Assembly (NCBI GenBank): GCA_002269645.1
Contig: NIVC01005205.1
Coordinates: 1-21,491 of the forward strand
Length of the DNA: 21,491 bases
Reading direction: 5' to 3'
DNA from: Macrostomum lignano
Taxonomy: Eukaryota
Position numbers and translations under genes: made by a program. Each line of letters begins with the position of its first letter. Within the stretch, counting starts at the first letter, position 1. The notes below the pieces were generated by a model, which made no database searches, had not been told where the DNA came from, and worked only from the letters and a program-made list of their open reading frames with translations. Shown here piece by piece: positions 1 to 11,081 of the stretch.

Positions 1-126
1 CAGCCGTGTTATTAGGTATTGGTTTATTTTAAGCATATAAAATATCGAATATCGCTGATCTCATTTCTTCCGTGTGAGGACTTCGGCGATAATGCCATTG
101 TTTCTTTTCTACAAGACTGAATACCA

Positions 127-970
127 GGAACTCATCTGCACCCCCCTCAAGGAGCTCATCCGCCCCAAAGAAACTCATCCGCCCCGAAAAGGATCTCATC
201 CGCCCGAAAAGGATTTCATCCGCCCCAAAAAAAAGGATTTCATCCGCCCCGAAAAGGATCTCATCCGCCCCGAAAAGGATCTCATCCGCCCCGAAAAGGA
301 TCTCATCCGCCCCGAAAAGGATCTCATCCGCCCCGAAAAGGATCTCATCCGCCCCAAAAAAGGATTTCATCCGCCCCGAAAAGGATCTCATCCGCCGCCG
401 AAAAGGATTTCATCCGCCCGAAAAGGATCTCATCCGCGCCGCGAAAAGGATTTCATCCGCCCCGAAAAGGATCTCATCCGCCCCGAAAAGGATCTCATCC
501 GCCCCGAAAAGGATCTCATCCGCCCCGAAAAGGATCTCATCGCGCCCCGAAAAGGATCTCATCCGCCCGAAAAGGTTCTCATCCGCCCCAAAGGAACTCA
601 TTCGCCCCCCAAACTCATCCGCCCCCTCAAACTCATCCGCCCCCAAACTCATCCGCCCCCCCCCTCAAACTCATCCGCCCAAAGGAACTCATCCGCCCCA
701 AAGGAACTCATTCGCCCCCAAACTCATCCGCCCCCTCAAACTCATCCGCCCCCAAACTCATCCGCCCCCCCCTCAAACTCATCCGCCCAAAGGAACTCAT
801 CCGCCCCAAAGGAACTCATCCGCCCCAAAGGAACTCATCCGCCCCCTCCAAACTCATTCGCCCCCCAAACTTATCGCGCCCGCTCCAAACTCATCCGCCC
901 CCCCCTCCAAACTCATCCGCCCCCCCTCCAAACTCATCCGCCCCCCCCAAACTCATCCGCCCCTCCTCCA
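127..970. repeat. Minisatellite, ~17-21-bp units with constant core CTCATCCGCCC (e.g. CTCATCCGCCCCGAAAAGGAT)
   Basis: Direct tandem repetition of roughly 40 core copies; spacer composition drifts along the array. It generates the spurious ORFs 29..391, 74..1087 and 410..652. Confidence 0.95.
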
Positions 971-987
971 AGCCAACAAAGCCTCAC

Positions 988-1483
988 CGTCGCGGACGAT
1001 GCAGCTGACAGCGCGCCTGTGCGAGCGCATGTGGGCGCTCTCTCCATCGCGACAGTCATGGCCTCCGCCGCCGCCGCCGCTAGCTGACTGCGAGCGGCAG
1101 CGCCGCCGGCTGAACAGTCTCGCAGACCTCTCTGGGCGTGCAGCTGCCGAAAGCGAACGGCATCCCAGTGCGACCTCGGCGTCGCTCCTGATGCTGCTGC
1201 TGCTGCTGGTCCTCCGGCTGCGAGCTCTCCGTTAGACGGCGCAGCAGGGCCACCCGGCGCTCCCGGTCCGCTTGCTCGAGTCGCTTCTTGCGCTCCTCGA
1301 CAATTCGACGGCGCTCGGCGTCGCGTTGGCGCGCCTCCTCCGCCCGGCGCCGGCGCTCGGCCTCCTGACGCTGGCGGACCTCCTCGGCGATGCGCTGCGA
1401 CTCCATCAGGTCGCGAACCCGGCGCCGGTGCTCCTCAGCCTGCAGCTGCCTGGCCAGACGGAGTTTCGCATCGCGCGGGGAGT
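988..1483 (-). CDS. MAP7: Internal exon of a MAP7/ensconsin-like microtubule-associated protein (N-terminal coiled-coil microtubule-binding region), with one apparent frameshift near 1120
   Basis: Translation DSPRDAKLRLARQLQAEEHRRRVRDLMESQRIAEEVRQRQEAERRRRAEEARQRDAERRRIVEERKKRLEQADRERRVALLRRLTESSQ aligns by eye with my recollection of the MAP7 coiled coil (DDRQRLARE...ERKKRLEEQRQKEERRRAAVEEKRRQRLEEDKERHEAVVRRTMERSQ). It is followed by FAFGSCTPR, resembling the FAFGSSTPR motif I recall from invertebrate ensconsins. Acceptor ...ccacctgcag| at 1484/1483 and donor ACG|GTGAGG at 988/987; GC-rich codons. No database search was run. Confidence 0.7.
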
Positions 1484-1620
1484 CTGCAGGTGGATCAGTG
1501 ATTGGCTGCTAGTAAATCCTGTAGTTGCATGAGCTCGAAATCTAACACTCTGTAGGGAGAATCTTGTTGGGGCGAATCTCATAAAGGAGTGCGAAAATTA
1601 CATTTTAATACAGTTGAATT

Positions 1621-2096
1621 AATCCTATGAAACAGAGGCGGATTTCTAAGAAACTGGATATTTATCCTAAAATTCTAAGAAATAGGAGGTGAATCCTACA
1701 TTTCTAAGAAACAGAAGGTGAATCCTAGAATTCTAAGAAATAGGAGGTGAATCCTACATTTCTAAGAAACAGAAGGTGAATCCTAGAATTCTAAGAAACA
1801 GGGAGGTGGATCCTACATTTCTAAGAAACAGAGGGTGAATCCTAGAATTCTAAGAAACAGGGAGGTGGATCCTACATTTCTAAGAAACAGAAGGTGAATC
1901 CAAGAATTCTAAGAAACAGGGAGGTGAATGCTAGAGTTCTAAGAAACAGGAGGTGAATGCTAGAGTTCTAAGAAACAGGAGGTGAATGCTAGAGTTCTAA
2001 GAAACAGGGAGGTGAATGCTAGAGTTCTAAGAAACAGGAGGTGAATGCTAGAGTTCTAAGAAACAGGGAGGTGAATGCTAGAACTCTAAGAAACAT
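1621..2096. repeat. 29/30-bp minisatellite (TTCTAAGAAACAGGGAGGTGAATCCTAGAA), ~16 copies
   Basis: 15 exact TTCTAAGAA copies at 29-30-bp spacing between 1644 and 2062, plus one variant at ~2084. Confidence 0.95.
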
Positions 2097-2773
2097 AAAT
2101 AAAATCCCTCGAAAATGAGATGAAGACTTTTAAAAAATCCGAAGAAATCCTGAGACCATCGGAAAATATTGAATAGTTTTAACTTTCCATTTTTTTAGTT
2201 TCAACCAACGGCAATATTTTTCTAAAGTCTCCATGGAAACGGAGCCATTCTTGACAGTTTCGACTTGCAGCACAAGCCAGCAGCAGACACCCCCAGTTCA
2301 AGAAGCTTAATAGATTTTTCCTCAAGAGCAAACCGACCAAGGATCGAAAATTGAAATTAGAAACAGGAAATCGAAACTCTTCCCCTAGGATGATACAGAT
2401 GCTGCATCCATCCAGCATCCCTATGCCCATTAAGACCAGTATTATGCAATAAGGCTCAGCCCTAGAACTCAATACATTGGCTGATAATAATTGAAACAGA
2501 TCAGGCGGAGCTTAGGGTCTGGTGTACCAAACTAGCTCACCCATGGGCTTGATGCAGGCCCCTGTGTAGCCAAACTTACAGCTAATTGTTGAAGAATATC
2601 AAAAGCCTGGCGTGAATCCAACCGATTTTGCTTTTACAAAACTAGAGACGTTGACCTGCAGACTGAAAATGTGTGCTATCGAATTCGGAGTTTCAAAGCG
2701 CCAGATTTTAACAAAGTAACTAACTAAAATATAGCGACAGCCGCACACCCAACCTCCGCGGCAACTACCTTAC

Positions 2774-2860
2774 CAACATTTCTGCCCCCCCCCCCACTTA
2801 GCCCCGGATCCCTGTAGGGAAAGCTTTCCCATTGGCGGTTCACTGCACCGTCGGTTGGGA
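2774..2860 (-). CDS. Candidate 87-nt symmetric (phase 1-1) exon upstream of the MAP7-like exon
   Basis: Acceptor cccaacctttttctccag| and donor TTG|GTAAGG. The frame is open (PTDGAVNRQWESFPYRDPGLSGGGGRNV) and joins in phase to the 1483 acceptor. No homology support. Confidence 0.35.
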
Positions 2861-3310
2861 CTGGAGAAAAAGGTTGGGAGTGGAAGTAAAGGGAACTCTT
2901 GCTAAAGCCATAGACTATTAGACTACATTGTTGAGGCTATGGCTTTTTTTCCTATTGAGGCTCTCCTCACACAGCTCTTTGCTCAGACATTGCTACTCAA
3001 ATTTGTGCGAGGAGAGAGTGAAGGAGAGCGAGATCGCCCAATCCGACTGCTCTGTCTTTATGGCGCACAGCAGTTCGACTTCCCTGGGCACACACGGCAC
3101 TGACTGGGGTTTGGGAGTTATTTTAACAGCTGCAACTGAGGGCCCGGACACTTCAACCCTGATAGGCGAAGTTGGGCTGCTCAGTGGAGTGAGCGACTGT
3201 AGTGAGTGTAAGTGGGGAGTCGTGGCAGACATTCACTGTCTGTGTAAAATTCCTTGGTGGGTAAGGATTAGACTATTAAGCACAATGGGAATCCGCCAGC
3301 TCTGAAGGGG

Positions 3311-4040
<730 letters not shown>

Positions 4041-4667
4041 GCAGCTAGGCAGTTATGGCAGGCTCAGCTTTGCTTCGAAATCCAGGTGCGGAGATTTACC
4101 TTGCGGGCAAGACCGTCTGCACCCGATCGATAGAAACACGAGGAGGAGGAAGGCAGGGAGAGCCGATGGGAAGAAGAAGGGCGACCTGCTTCTCTTGCTC
4201 CTGTTTCTGGCCCGTCATTTCGTCCCCAGCCTTCCGGAAATTCCCGTCTGGCAGCGGGGCGGGGGAGCGGACGGTGAGTGACGGACTCGCACGGTCTGAG
4301 AACGCGCAGAAAAAGAGAGGCCTTAAAGGGCTGCCTTAGACGAGCTATTTTTCCTTTAACAGGCATGTCCAATGTGAGCCCCCATGTGTTTTTTGGCTAA
4401 TCCCTCTGCTACACTCGCCCATCAGAGCAGGTGCTCCGCTCGTCTCCAACCTGTACGGTCCCTGGGATGAATTCTCTTTAACGCATCAGTTGGTTTTATC
4501 AAAGAAACTGTGAGCCTTCTGACAGAGCGAAAAAGACTGCGAAATGAGGACCGAATTCCAGGGGACAGTAGAATGTTGATTTTTATGCTCTAGCTGTATT
4601 AAATACAATTTTGGGTAAGTAAAGATCGCTACAGAGTGTTTGAGGGTAGACAGTCTAGAGCATTATC

Positions 4668-5180
4668 GAGGTAAGACATGGGGTATGATGGAGGGTAAGA
4701 CATGGGGTATGATGGAGGGTAAAACATGGGGTATGATGGAGGGTAAGACATGGGGTATGATGGAGGGTAAAACATGGGGTATGATGGAGGGTAAAACATG
4801 GGGTATGATGGAGGGTAAAACATGGGGTATGATGGAGGGTAAAACATGGGGTATGATGGAGGGTAAGACATGGGGTATGATGGAGGGTAAAACATGGGGT
4901 ATGATGGAGGGTAAGACATGGGGTATGATGGAGGGTAAGACATGGGGTATGATGGAGGGTAAGACATGGGGTATGATGGAGGGTAAGACATGGGGTATGA
5001 TGGAGGGTAAAACATGGAGTATGATGGAGGGTAAAACATGGAGTATGATGGAGTGTAAAACATGGGGTATGGCGGAGGGTAAAACATAGGGCATGGCGGA
5101 GGGTAAAACATGGGGTATGGCGGAGGGTAAAACATGGGTTATGATGAAGGGTAAAGCAAGGGACATGATGGAGGGTTAAC
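4668..5180. repeat. 24-bp minisatellite (GAGGGTAARACATGGGGTATGATG), ~20 copies
   Basis: Direct tandem repetition that degenerates at the right end; 8-aa periodic ORFs in three frames are by-products. Confidence 0.97.
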
Positions 5181-5376
5181 AGATGGGCATGTTGGAGGGC
5201 TCATGGAGGGAGGCTGAGTTTGCAGAGGCAAGCGAAGACCTGAATGTCTCTATAGCGGCATGCGGGAGGAAGAGCTGCTGATAAGACGAAGATTAATTTG
5301 ATGATGGCACTAAAGATAGGCTAAAGCAGCTGTGGCTCTCAAGTTAGTTTGAGTAGCTAGCGGCGGCCTGACTCAC

Positions 5377-5515
5377 TCCCCAGCATCGTCATCAATCCAT
5401 ATCCAGCTGCTGCATCTCAATCGGGGCGGGGGAGGAAGAGCCGGACCGGAACTGCCTCCAGTGGTGGCGGCTGCCAGGTCTCCCAGATCCCCATGCGATG
5501 CGAAGAGATTGAAGA
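5377..5515 (-). CDS. Possible exon of unknown identity
   Basis: Acceptor ttttcgctctccag| and donor GGA|GTGAGT. One frame is open (FNLFASHGDLGDLAAATTGGSSGPALPPPPRLRCSSWIWIDDDAG), but its phase-2 exit does not match the MAP7-like exon. Confidence 0.2.
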
Positions 5516-5844
5516 CTGGAGAGCGAAAATCTTATGGAATAATCTAAGGAATATTGGAAGCGATTAGTGAGGCCTTAGCTGTACCTGCTCGTTAGTTAGA
5601 TTGGGAAACTGAGGGAGGGGCGAGTAGGACAAGCTCAGGACTGCTGCTTCTCCTCTTTGCTGCGTCGCTTCGTCACGCCAGCGCATCTCCCCAATTAGTC
5701 TGTTCATCCGTGACCCTCCCGCCCTGCTCCATCCTCTCCCGAGGTCTGAGTCTCCGCCCCATCCTCGAGCCTAACGAGCAGGCAGTTCCTTGAATGTCTG
5801 CTTGTTTCCTGCATCTTTTGCGGTTTGAGGTTGCGGTTCGTTCT

Positions 5845-6503
5845 CTCCGTCTCCTATCTCCTTCCCTCCCCTCTGTGTCTCTCAGCCTCCTCTCTCCGTC
5901 TCCATGTCTCTCTCCCTCCCCTCTGTGTCTCTCAGCCTCCTCTCTCCATCTCCATGTCTCTCTCCCTCCCCTCTGTGTCTCTCAGCCTCCTCTCTCCATC
6001 TCCATGTCTCTCTCCTTCTCCTCTGTGTCTCTCAGCCTCCTCTCTCCATCTCCATGTCTCTCTCCTTCTCCTCTGTGTCTCTCAGCCTCCTCTCTCCATC
6101 TCCATGTCTCTCTCCCTCCCCTCTGTGTCTCTCAGCCTCCTCTCTCCATCTCCATGTCTCTCTCCTTCTCCTCTGTGTCTCTCAGCCTCCTCTCTCCATC
6201 TCCATGTCTCTCTCCCTCCCCTCTGTGTCTCTCAGCCTCCTCTCTCCATCTCCATGTCTCTCTCCTTCTCCTCTGTGTCTCTCAGCCTCCTCTCTCCATC
6301 TCCATGTCTCTCTCCTTCTCCTCTGTGTCTCTCAGCCTCCGCTCTCCATCTCCATGTCTCTCTCCTTCTCCTCTGTGTCTCTCAGCCTCCGCTCTCCATC
6401 TCCATGTCTCTCTCCTTCTCCTCTGTGTCTCTCAGCCTCCTCTCTGCATCTCCATGTCTCTCTCCCTCTCCTCTGTGTCTCTCAGCCTCCCCTCTCCATC
6501 TCC
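5845..6503. repeat. 50-bp pyrimidine-rich minisatellite (CTCTGTGTCTCTCAGCCTCCTCTCTCCATCTCCATGTCTCTCTCCTTCTC), ~13 copies
   Basis: Near-identical 50-bp units are directly visible. Confidence 0.97.
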
Positions 6504-6872
6504 TTGTGAAGCTTGCATGACTTATAATACGCATCTTTTAAAACCTAATTCCTAATTCCCAGCAGACTTAATTCTGTAAGTCTCGACTTTCCACTGCATA
6601 TTAGCAGCCTGTCAATCAAGCGGTTTCTTTTTAAATTTTGTTGCGCAATCTCAGAAATTGCTTCACCTCCCGGATGAGTTGCAGTAATGAATAAAAAACA
6701 AGCTTTGAAGCTTTTGCTGTAGAAAATTCTTTTTGAGAGCCTTTGCTGCTATTGTGGAGTGTCTCAGTAAAGTAAGGAGCTTTCGGCGTGACTCAACTCA
6801 AGCCTGTGTTTTTGGGGTGGTTATTGGCCATGCCAAGCTGGAGGACTGCGGAGCTCCTGGAAATAATATGGC

Positions 6873-7715
6873 AATGAGAATGAGAATGAGAATGAGAGTG
6901 AGAATGAGAATGGGAATGAGAGTGAGAGTGAGAATGAGAGTGAGAATTAGAATGAGAGTGAGAATTAGAATGAGAGTGAGACTTAGAGTGAGAGTGAGAA
7001 TGAGATTGAGAGTGAGAATGATAATGATAATGGGAATGAGAATGGGAATGAAAATGGGAATGAGAATGGGAATGAGAATGGGAATGAGAATGGGAATGAG
7101 AATGGGAATGAGAATGGGAATGAGAATGGGAATGAGAATGGGAATGAGAATGGGAATGAGAATGGGAATGAGAATGAGAATGAGAGTGAGAGTGGGAATG
7201 AGAATGGGAGTGAGAATGGGAATGAGAATGGGAATGAGAATGGGAATGAGAATGGGAATGAGAATGAGAATGAGAATGAGAGTGAGAATGAGAATGGGAA
7301 TGAGAGTGAGAGTGAGAATGAGAGTGAGAATTAGAATGAGAGTGAGACTTAGAGTGAGAGTGAGAATGAGATTGAGAGTGAGAATGATAATGATAATGGG
7401 AATGAGAATGGGAATGAGAATGGGAATGAGAATGGGAATGAGAATGGGAATGAGAATGGGAATGAGAATGGGAATGAGAATGGGAATGAGAATGGGAATG
7501 AGAATGAGAATGAGAGTGAGAGTGGGAATGAGAATGGGAGTGAGAATGGGAATGAGAATGGGAATGAGAATGGGAATGAGAATGGGAATGAGAATGGGAA
7601 TGAGAATAAGAGTGAGAATGAGAATGAGAATAAGAATGAGAATGGGAATGAGAATGGGAATGAGAATGGGAATGAGAATGAAAATGAGAATGAGAATGAG
7701 AATGAGAATGAGAAT
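6873..7715. repeat. Compound hexamer microsatellite (GAGAAT/GGGAAT/GAGAGT)n with an internal higher-order duplication
   Basis: Direct inspection; rare variant units recur 366 bp apart (ACTTAG at 6981 and 7347). Confidence 0.98.
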
Positions 7716-8798
7716 TTGTAGATTTCCTTTCAGCTGGAGCAGCTGGAGCTGGGAAAGTCTTCTTGGCACTGGGACAGGCCTGAACTAAGAGCTGCCAACT
7801 GGGACAGACAGCTGTCAAGGAAGAGAAGGAGTTTTTTACTCCTAAGCTGACTCAACCCACGGTTGGGAAGAAATCAAATTTGTACCGCAAAAATACTCCC
7901 AACCCTCATTGTGTTGAGTTGAGTGGTAAAGGTAGAATGTGGCTGAGCCAAGGAGACCCCACTTTAAAAGTCTGGAGTGACAGCTTCAAACCTCATAGTT
8001 TTGGACAACTCTAGGCTGAGGGCAAAAGATTGACAATTGCATTCTGACAGTCCAGCCTATAGTTGTCTAAAAATGCAGTGCTTGAGAGGAACTCCAAATT
8101 GCTGCTCTAGCTCTCCTTGTCCTCATTGTATTTGGTGAGGCCAGGGAAGAGGTGAACTGTGGTGAGCAGGAGGTGAGAATGGGAAATATTTCCCATTCAG
8201 TTTCTTACTTTGCTTCCTCCCCTACCCTGCAGAGCCACCGTCTCTGAACTTTTTACTGTCTGGCCCACCACTAAATAATAAAACCTGGATCGATGCGGGA
8301 GGCTTGGACTCTGGGCTCTCTGCCTCTCCCTCTCTCACAATGATGAGGGCTTACTCATTGTCACCACCTGGTACAAGTACAGTCAATTCAGTCTGAGCCT
8401 CCTCACTGAGCGGACTTTATTGTGCTCAGGTATGCTGAGTAGAAATCTGCATCTGTACTATGATAATTATCTACTTGATTGACAGGTGATGTGATAGATC
8501 TGGGAGCCTGTATAGAACCTGGGAGCTGCCAGAACAGGGTGGCAGAGTGCTTAGTCGGACTAAGCGCCCCCACTCGAAGCAATTCAAGGTTAGAAAATAG
8601 AATTGAGCAATAAAGCAGGTGTGAGTCATTGCGCAGCTGGGATCTGGGAATCGGACCTCGGTTTCTGCGATCCAGATTGCCAGCCTTTGGGTTGCTACTA
8701 ACCGGGATTGGTGCGGTTTATTGCGATTCAATGTTGGTTAAGCCTGTATTAATAAAACTGCGGGTTCTTTATAACTGGTGTAATTCAGGGGAATTGTG

Positions 8799-9588
8799 TA
8801 CTACTACTAACTACTGCTACTGCTAATGCTAATGCTAATGCTACTGCTAATGCTACTGCTACTGCTACTGCTACTGCTAATGCTAATGCTAATGCTAATG
8901 CTACTGCTAATGCTAATGCTAGTGCTAGTGCTAATGCTAATGCTAATGCTAATGCTAATGCAAATGCAAATGCAAATGCAAATGCTAATGCTAATGCTAA
9001 TGCTAGTGCTACTGCTAATGCTAATGCTAATGCTAATGCTAATGCTAATGCTAATGCAAATGCAAATGCAAATGCAAATGCAAATGCAAATGCAAATGCA
9101 AATGCAAATGCAAATGCAAATGCAAATGCAAATGCTAATGCAGATGCTAATGCTAATGCTAATGCAAATGCTAATGCAAATGCAAATGCTAATGCTAATG
9201 CTAATGCTAATGCTACTGCTACTGCTACTGCAAATGCTAATGCAGATGCTAATGCTAATGCTAATGCTACTGCTAATGCTAATGCTAATGCAAATGCTAA
9301 TGCTACTGCTACTGCTACTGCTAATGCAGATGCTAATGCTACTGCTACTGCTAATGCTAATGCTACTGCTACTGCTACTGCTAATGCAGATGCTAATGCT
9401 ACTGCTAATGCTACTGCTACTGCTAATGCTAATGCTACTGCTAATGCTACTGCTACTGCTAAAGCTAAGCTACTGCTAATGCTACTGCTACTGCTAATGC
9501 TAAAGCTAATGCTAATGCTAATGCTACTGCTAATGCTACTGCTAATGCTAATGCAAATGCTAATGCTACTGCTACTGCTACTGCTAAT
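8799..9588. repeat. Compound hexamer microsatellite (GCTAAT/GCTACT/GCAAAT)n
   Basis: Direct inspection; source of the poly-ML/MQ ORFs. Confidence 0.98.
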
Positions 9589-9623
9589 ACAACTAGGACA
9601 GGTACTGACATGTACTGCTACAG

Positions 9624-9831
9624 CAACTCACGCTGCATGCCCTCGCTGTGGCCAGAATTATCATCGCTGCTTGTGGACATTGTCGAAGACTTCCCAGCCG
9701 AAGAGCGCATCATGGCGCTGCCGCTGGAGCAGCCGTGTCGGTGGCTGCAGTCGGAGTCCGCCATGCAGCAGTCGCCGACCGGCTCCTCGGGAATGGCTGC
9801 AATGTGCGACACAGGGGGAGGGGGATTCTGA
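9624..9831 (+). CDS. Candidate terminal coding exon of an unidentified plus-strand gene
   Basis: TACTGAC branch-like site at 9603-9609 followed by CAG| at 9623. The open frame NSRCMPSLWPELSSLLVDIVEDFPAEERIMALPLEQPCRWLQSESAMQQSPTGSSGMAAMCDTGGGGF* has C/G-ending codon bias like the recognised exons. No family recognised and no upstream exon found. Confidence 0.45.
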
Positions 9832-11081
9832 TGCTCCGATATGATCTAATATAGATCAAAGGCGGTGACCATAAACTCAGAAGTTTTATTGCAACAGAAC
9901 TGGGCGCTAATGGCATTTACCGTGCAGAACATGGTGGCCGTGCAGCTTCACCACCATTATTATTCTCTATCTATGATTTAATTGACAGATTCAGCCCCGG
10001 TTGAATTCTAGCAACTTCATGGCCGCCAAGGCCGTGGGTGGCAGTGGGCGGTGCTGCACTTTCTTAGTCAGATGGGATCGTTGCGGGCTGGGCTACGGAC
10101 GGTCAGCAGCCCCGAGGGGATGCGACTGAGTCGCTATTTATTACGGGTCCGTCAACGCGGCCCCGCTCCCCAACTCTCTGTCGTCCCTCGCCGTCAGTCA
10201 GCCTCATAGGGCCGCTACTCTGTGCACTATGGTGATCAACTATAGCTCTGTCAGTGCACTCTCCGGGCGATGGAGATGAGATGCTGGGGCGTACTGAACA
10301 GGGGAAGAGCAGTTTGGGAGGGGGAACGATGGAGAGAGATGAAGGAAGCTGATGGAAAGAGATGAGAAGACAGGTGTGTTGAGGATAGAAGTGTTTGGGC
10401 AGGTGATGAGAGTGGTTGCTAGGGGAGCCCACGTGGGGAAAAATTATCCAAAAAGCAACGGAGAGCGCGAGAACCGACATCAGGTAGAGGTGTACGGTGT
10501 ACTCCTACCCACCGCGCACAGGTACCTCAGGCAGAAAACTAATCACACGACTTTAACGCATCGCAGCCCAATTAAATCTAGTTACAGTGGGAGCACCTGC
10601 TGCTAGAAGCAATCCGAAGCCAGAAAACTTCAAATTTGCCCCCGAGGAATTTCAAATTAACTTCAGTGCGGTTTCAACAAAAATTTCTAGTAAGACTGGA
10701 AGGAGGCTTGCTACAGTCAGAGCGGCGACAAAGTGTTCTAGAATATTGCTTCTATAGCTGTGTGTCTTTTTCTCCAAGCAACTTTTAGGGGAAGGCTTTG
10801 TTCGTTCGCGGCGCTATAGACTCAAAAAGGTTGGTCGCACCTTTGCGAAGCAAATGGATACATTTTTTCTGCTGTAACTTCCCCTGCTGCAGCGACTGTT
10901 TCGTCGGTAATATCGGTAATCTGTTTTGAACTGAAAGCACTTGCTGCAGTGCAACCAAGAATGAGGGGTTTATTCGCAACAGTTGTAAAGACACAACTCC
11001 GCCATAACTTCAAAGGCGGAGTGTCTGCGGAATTGAAAAAATATGCCCCCTTAGCCTTAGCTCGTAAGAATGAGACACTAT

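Noticed and set aside
127-970. CRISPR-like array (constant core plus variable linker)
   Set aside because: The linkers are 6-10 nt, related to one another and not unique; no cas genes; eukaryotic intron context.
2179-2472. 97-aa minus ORF and a broken plus-strand frame starting at ATG 2233
   Set aside because: No recognisable motif or codon bias; the plus frame stops at 2308.
2928-3305. Overlapping ORFs on both strands
   Set aside because: No consistent splice sites in the open frames and no family resemblance.
4086-4273. Possible plus-strand exon (ccag|...ACG|GTGAGT)
   Set aside because: Two frames are open and neither is recognisable; the phases do not join the 9624 exon.
8232-8429. Possible plus-strand exon with strong acceptor and CAG|GTATG donor
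   Set aside because: Every frame between the two sites contains a stop; it could be error-broken, but there is no support.
8635-8710. tRNA or SINE-like sequence on the minus strand (GGTCCGATTCC B-box-like)
   Set aside because: The A-box-like motif is only 14 nt away, and there is no cloverleaf or acceptor stem.
9898-9981. GPCR TM3-like peptide NWALMAFTVQNMVAV
   Set aside because: It lacks the (D/E)R motif, stops after 27 codons, and no other helices are nearby.
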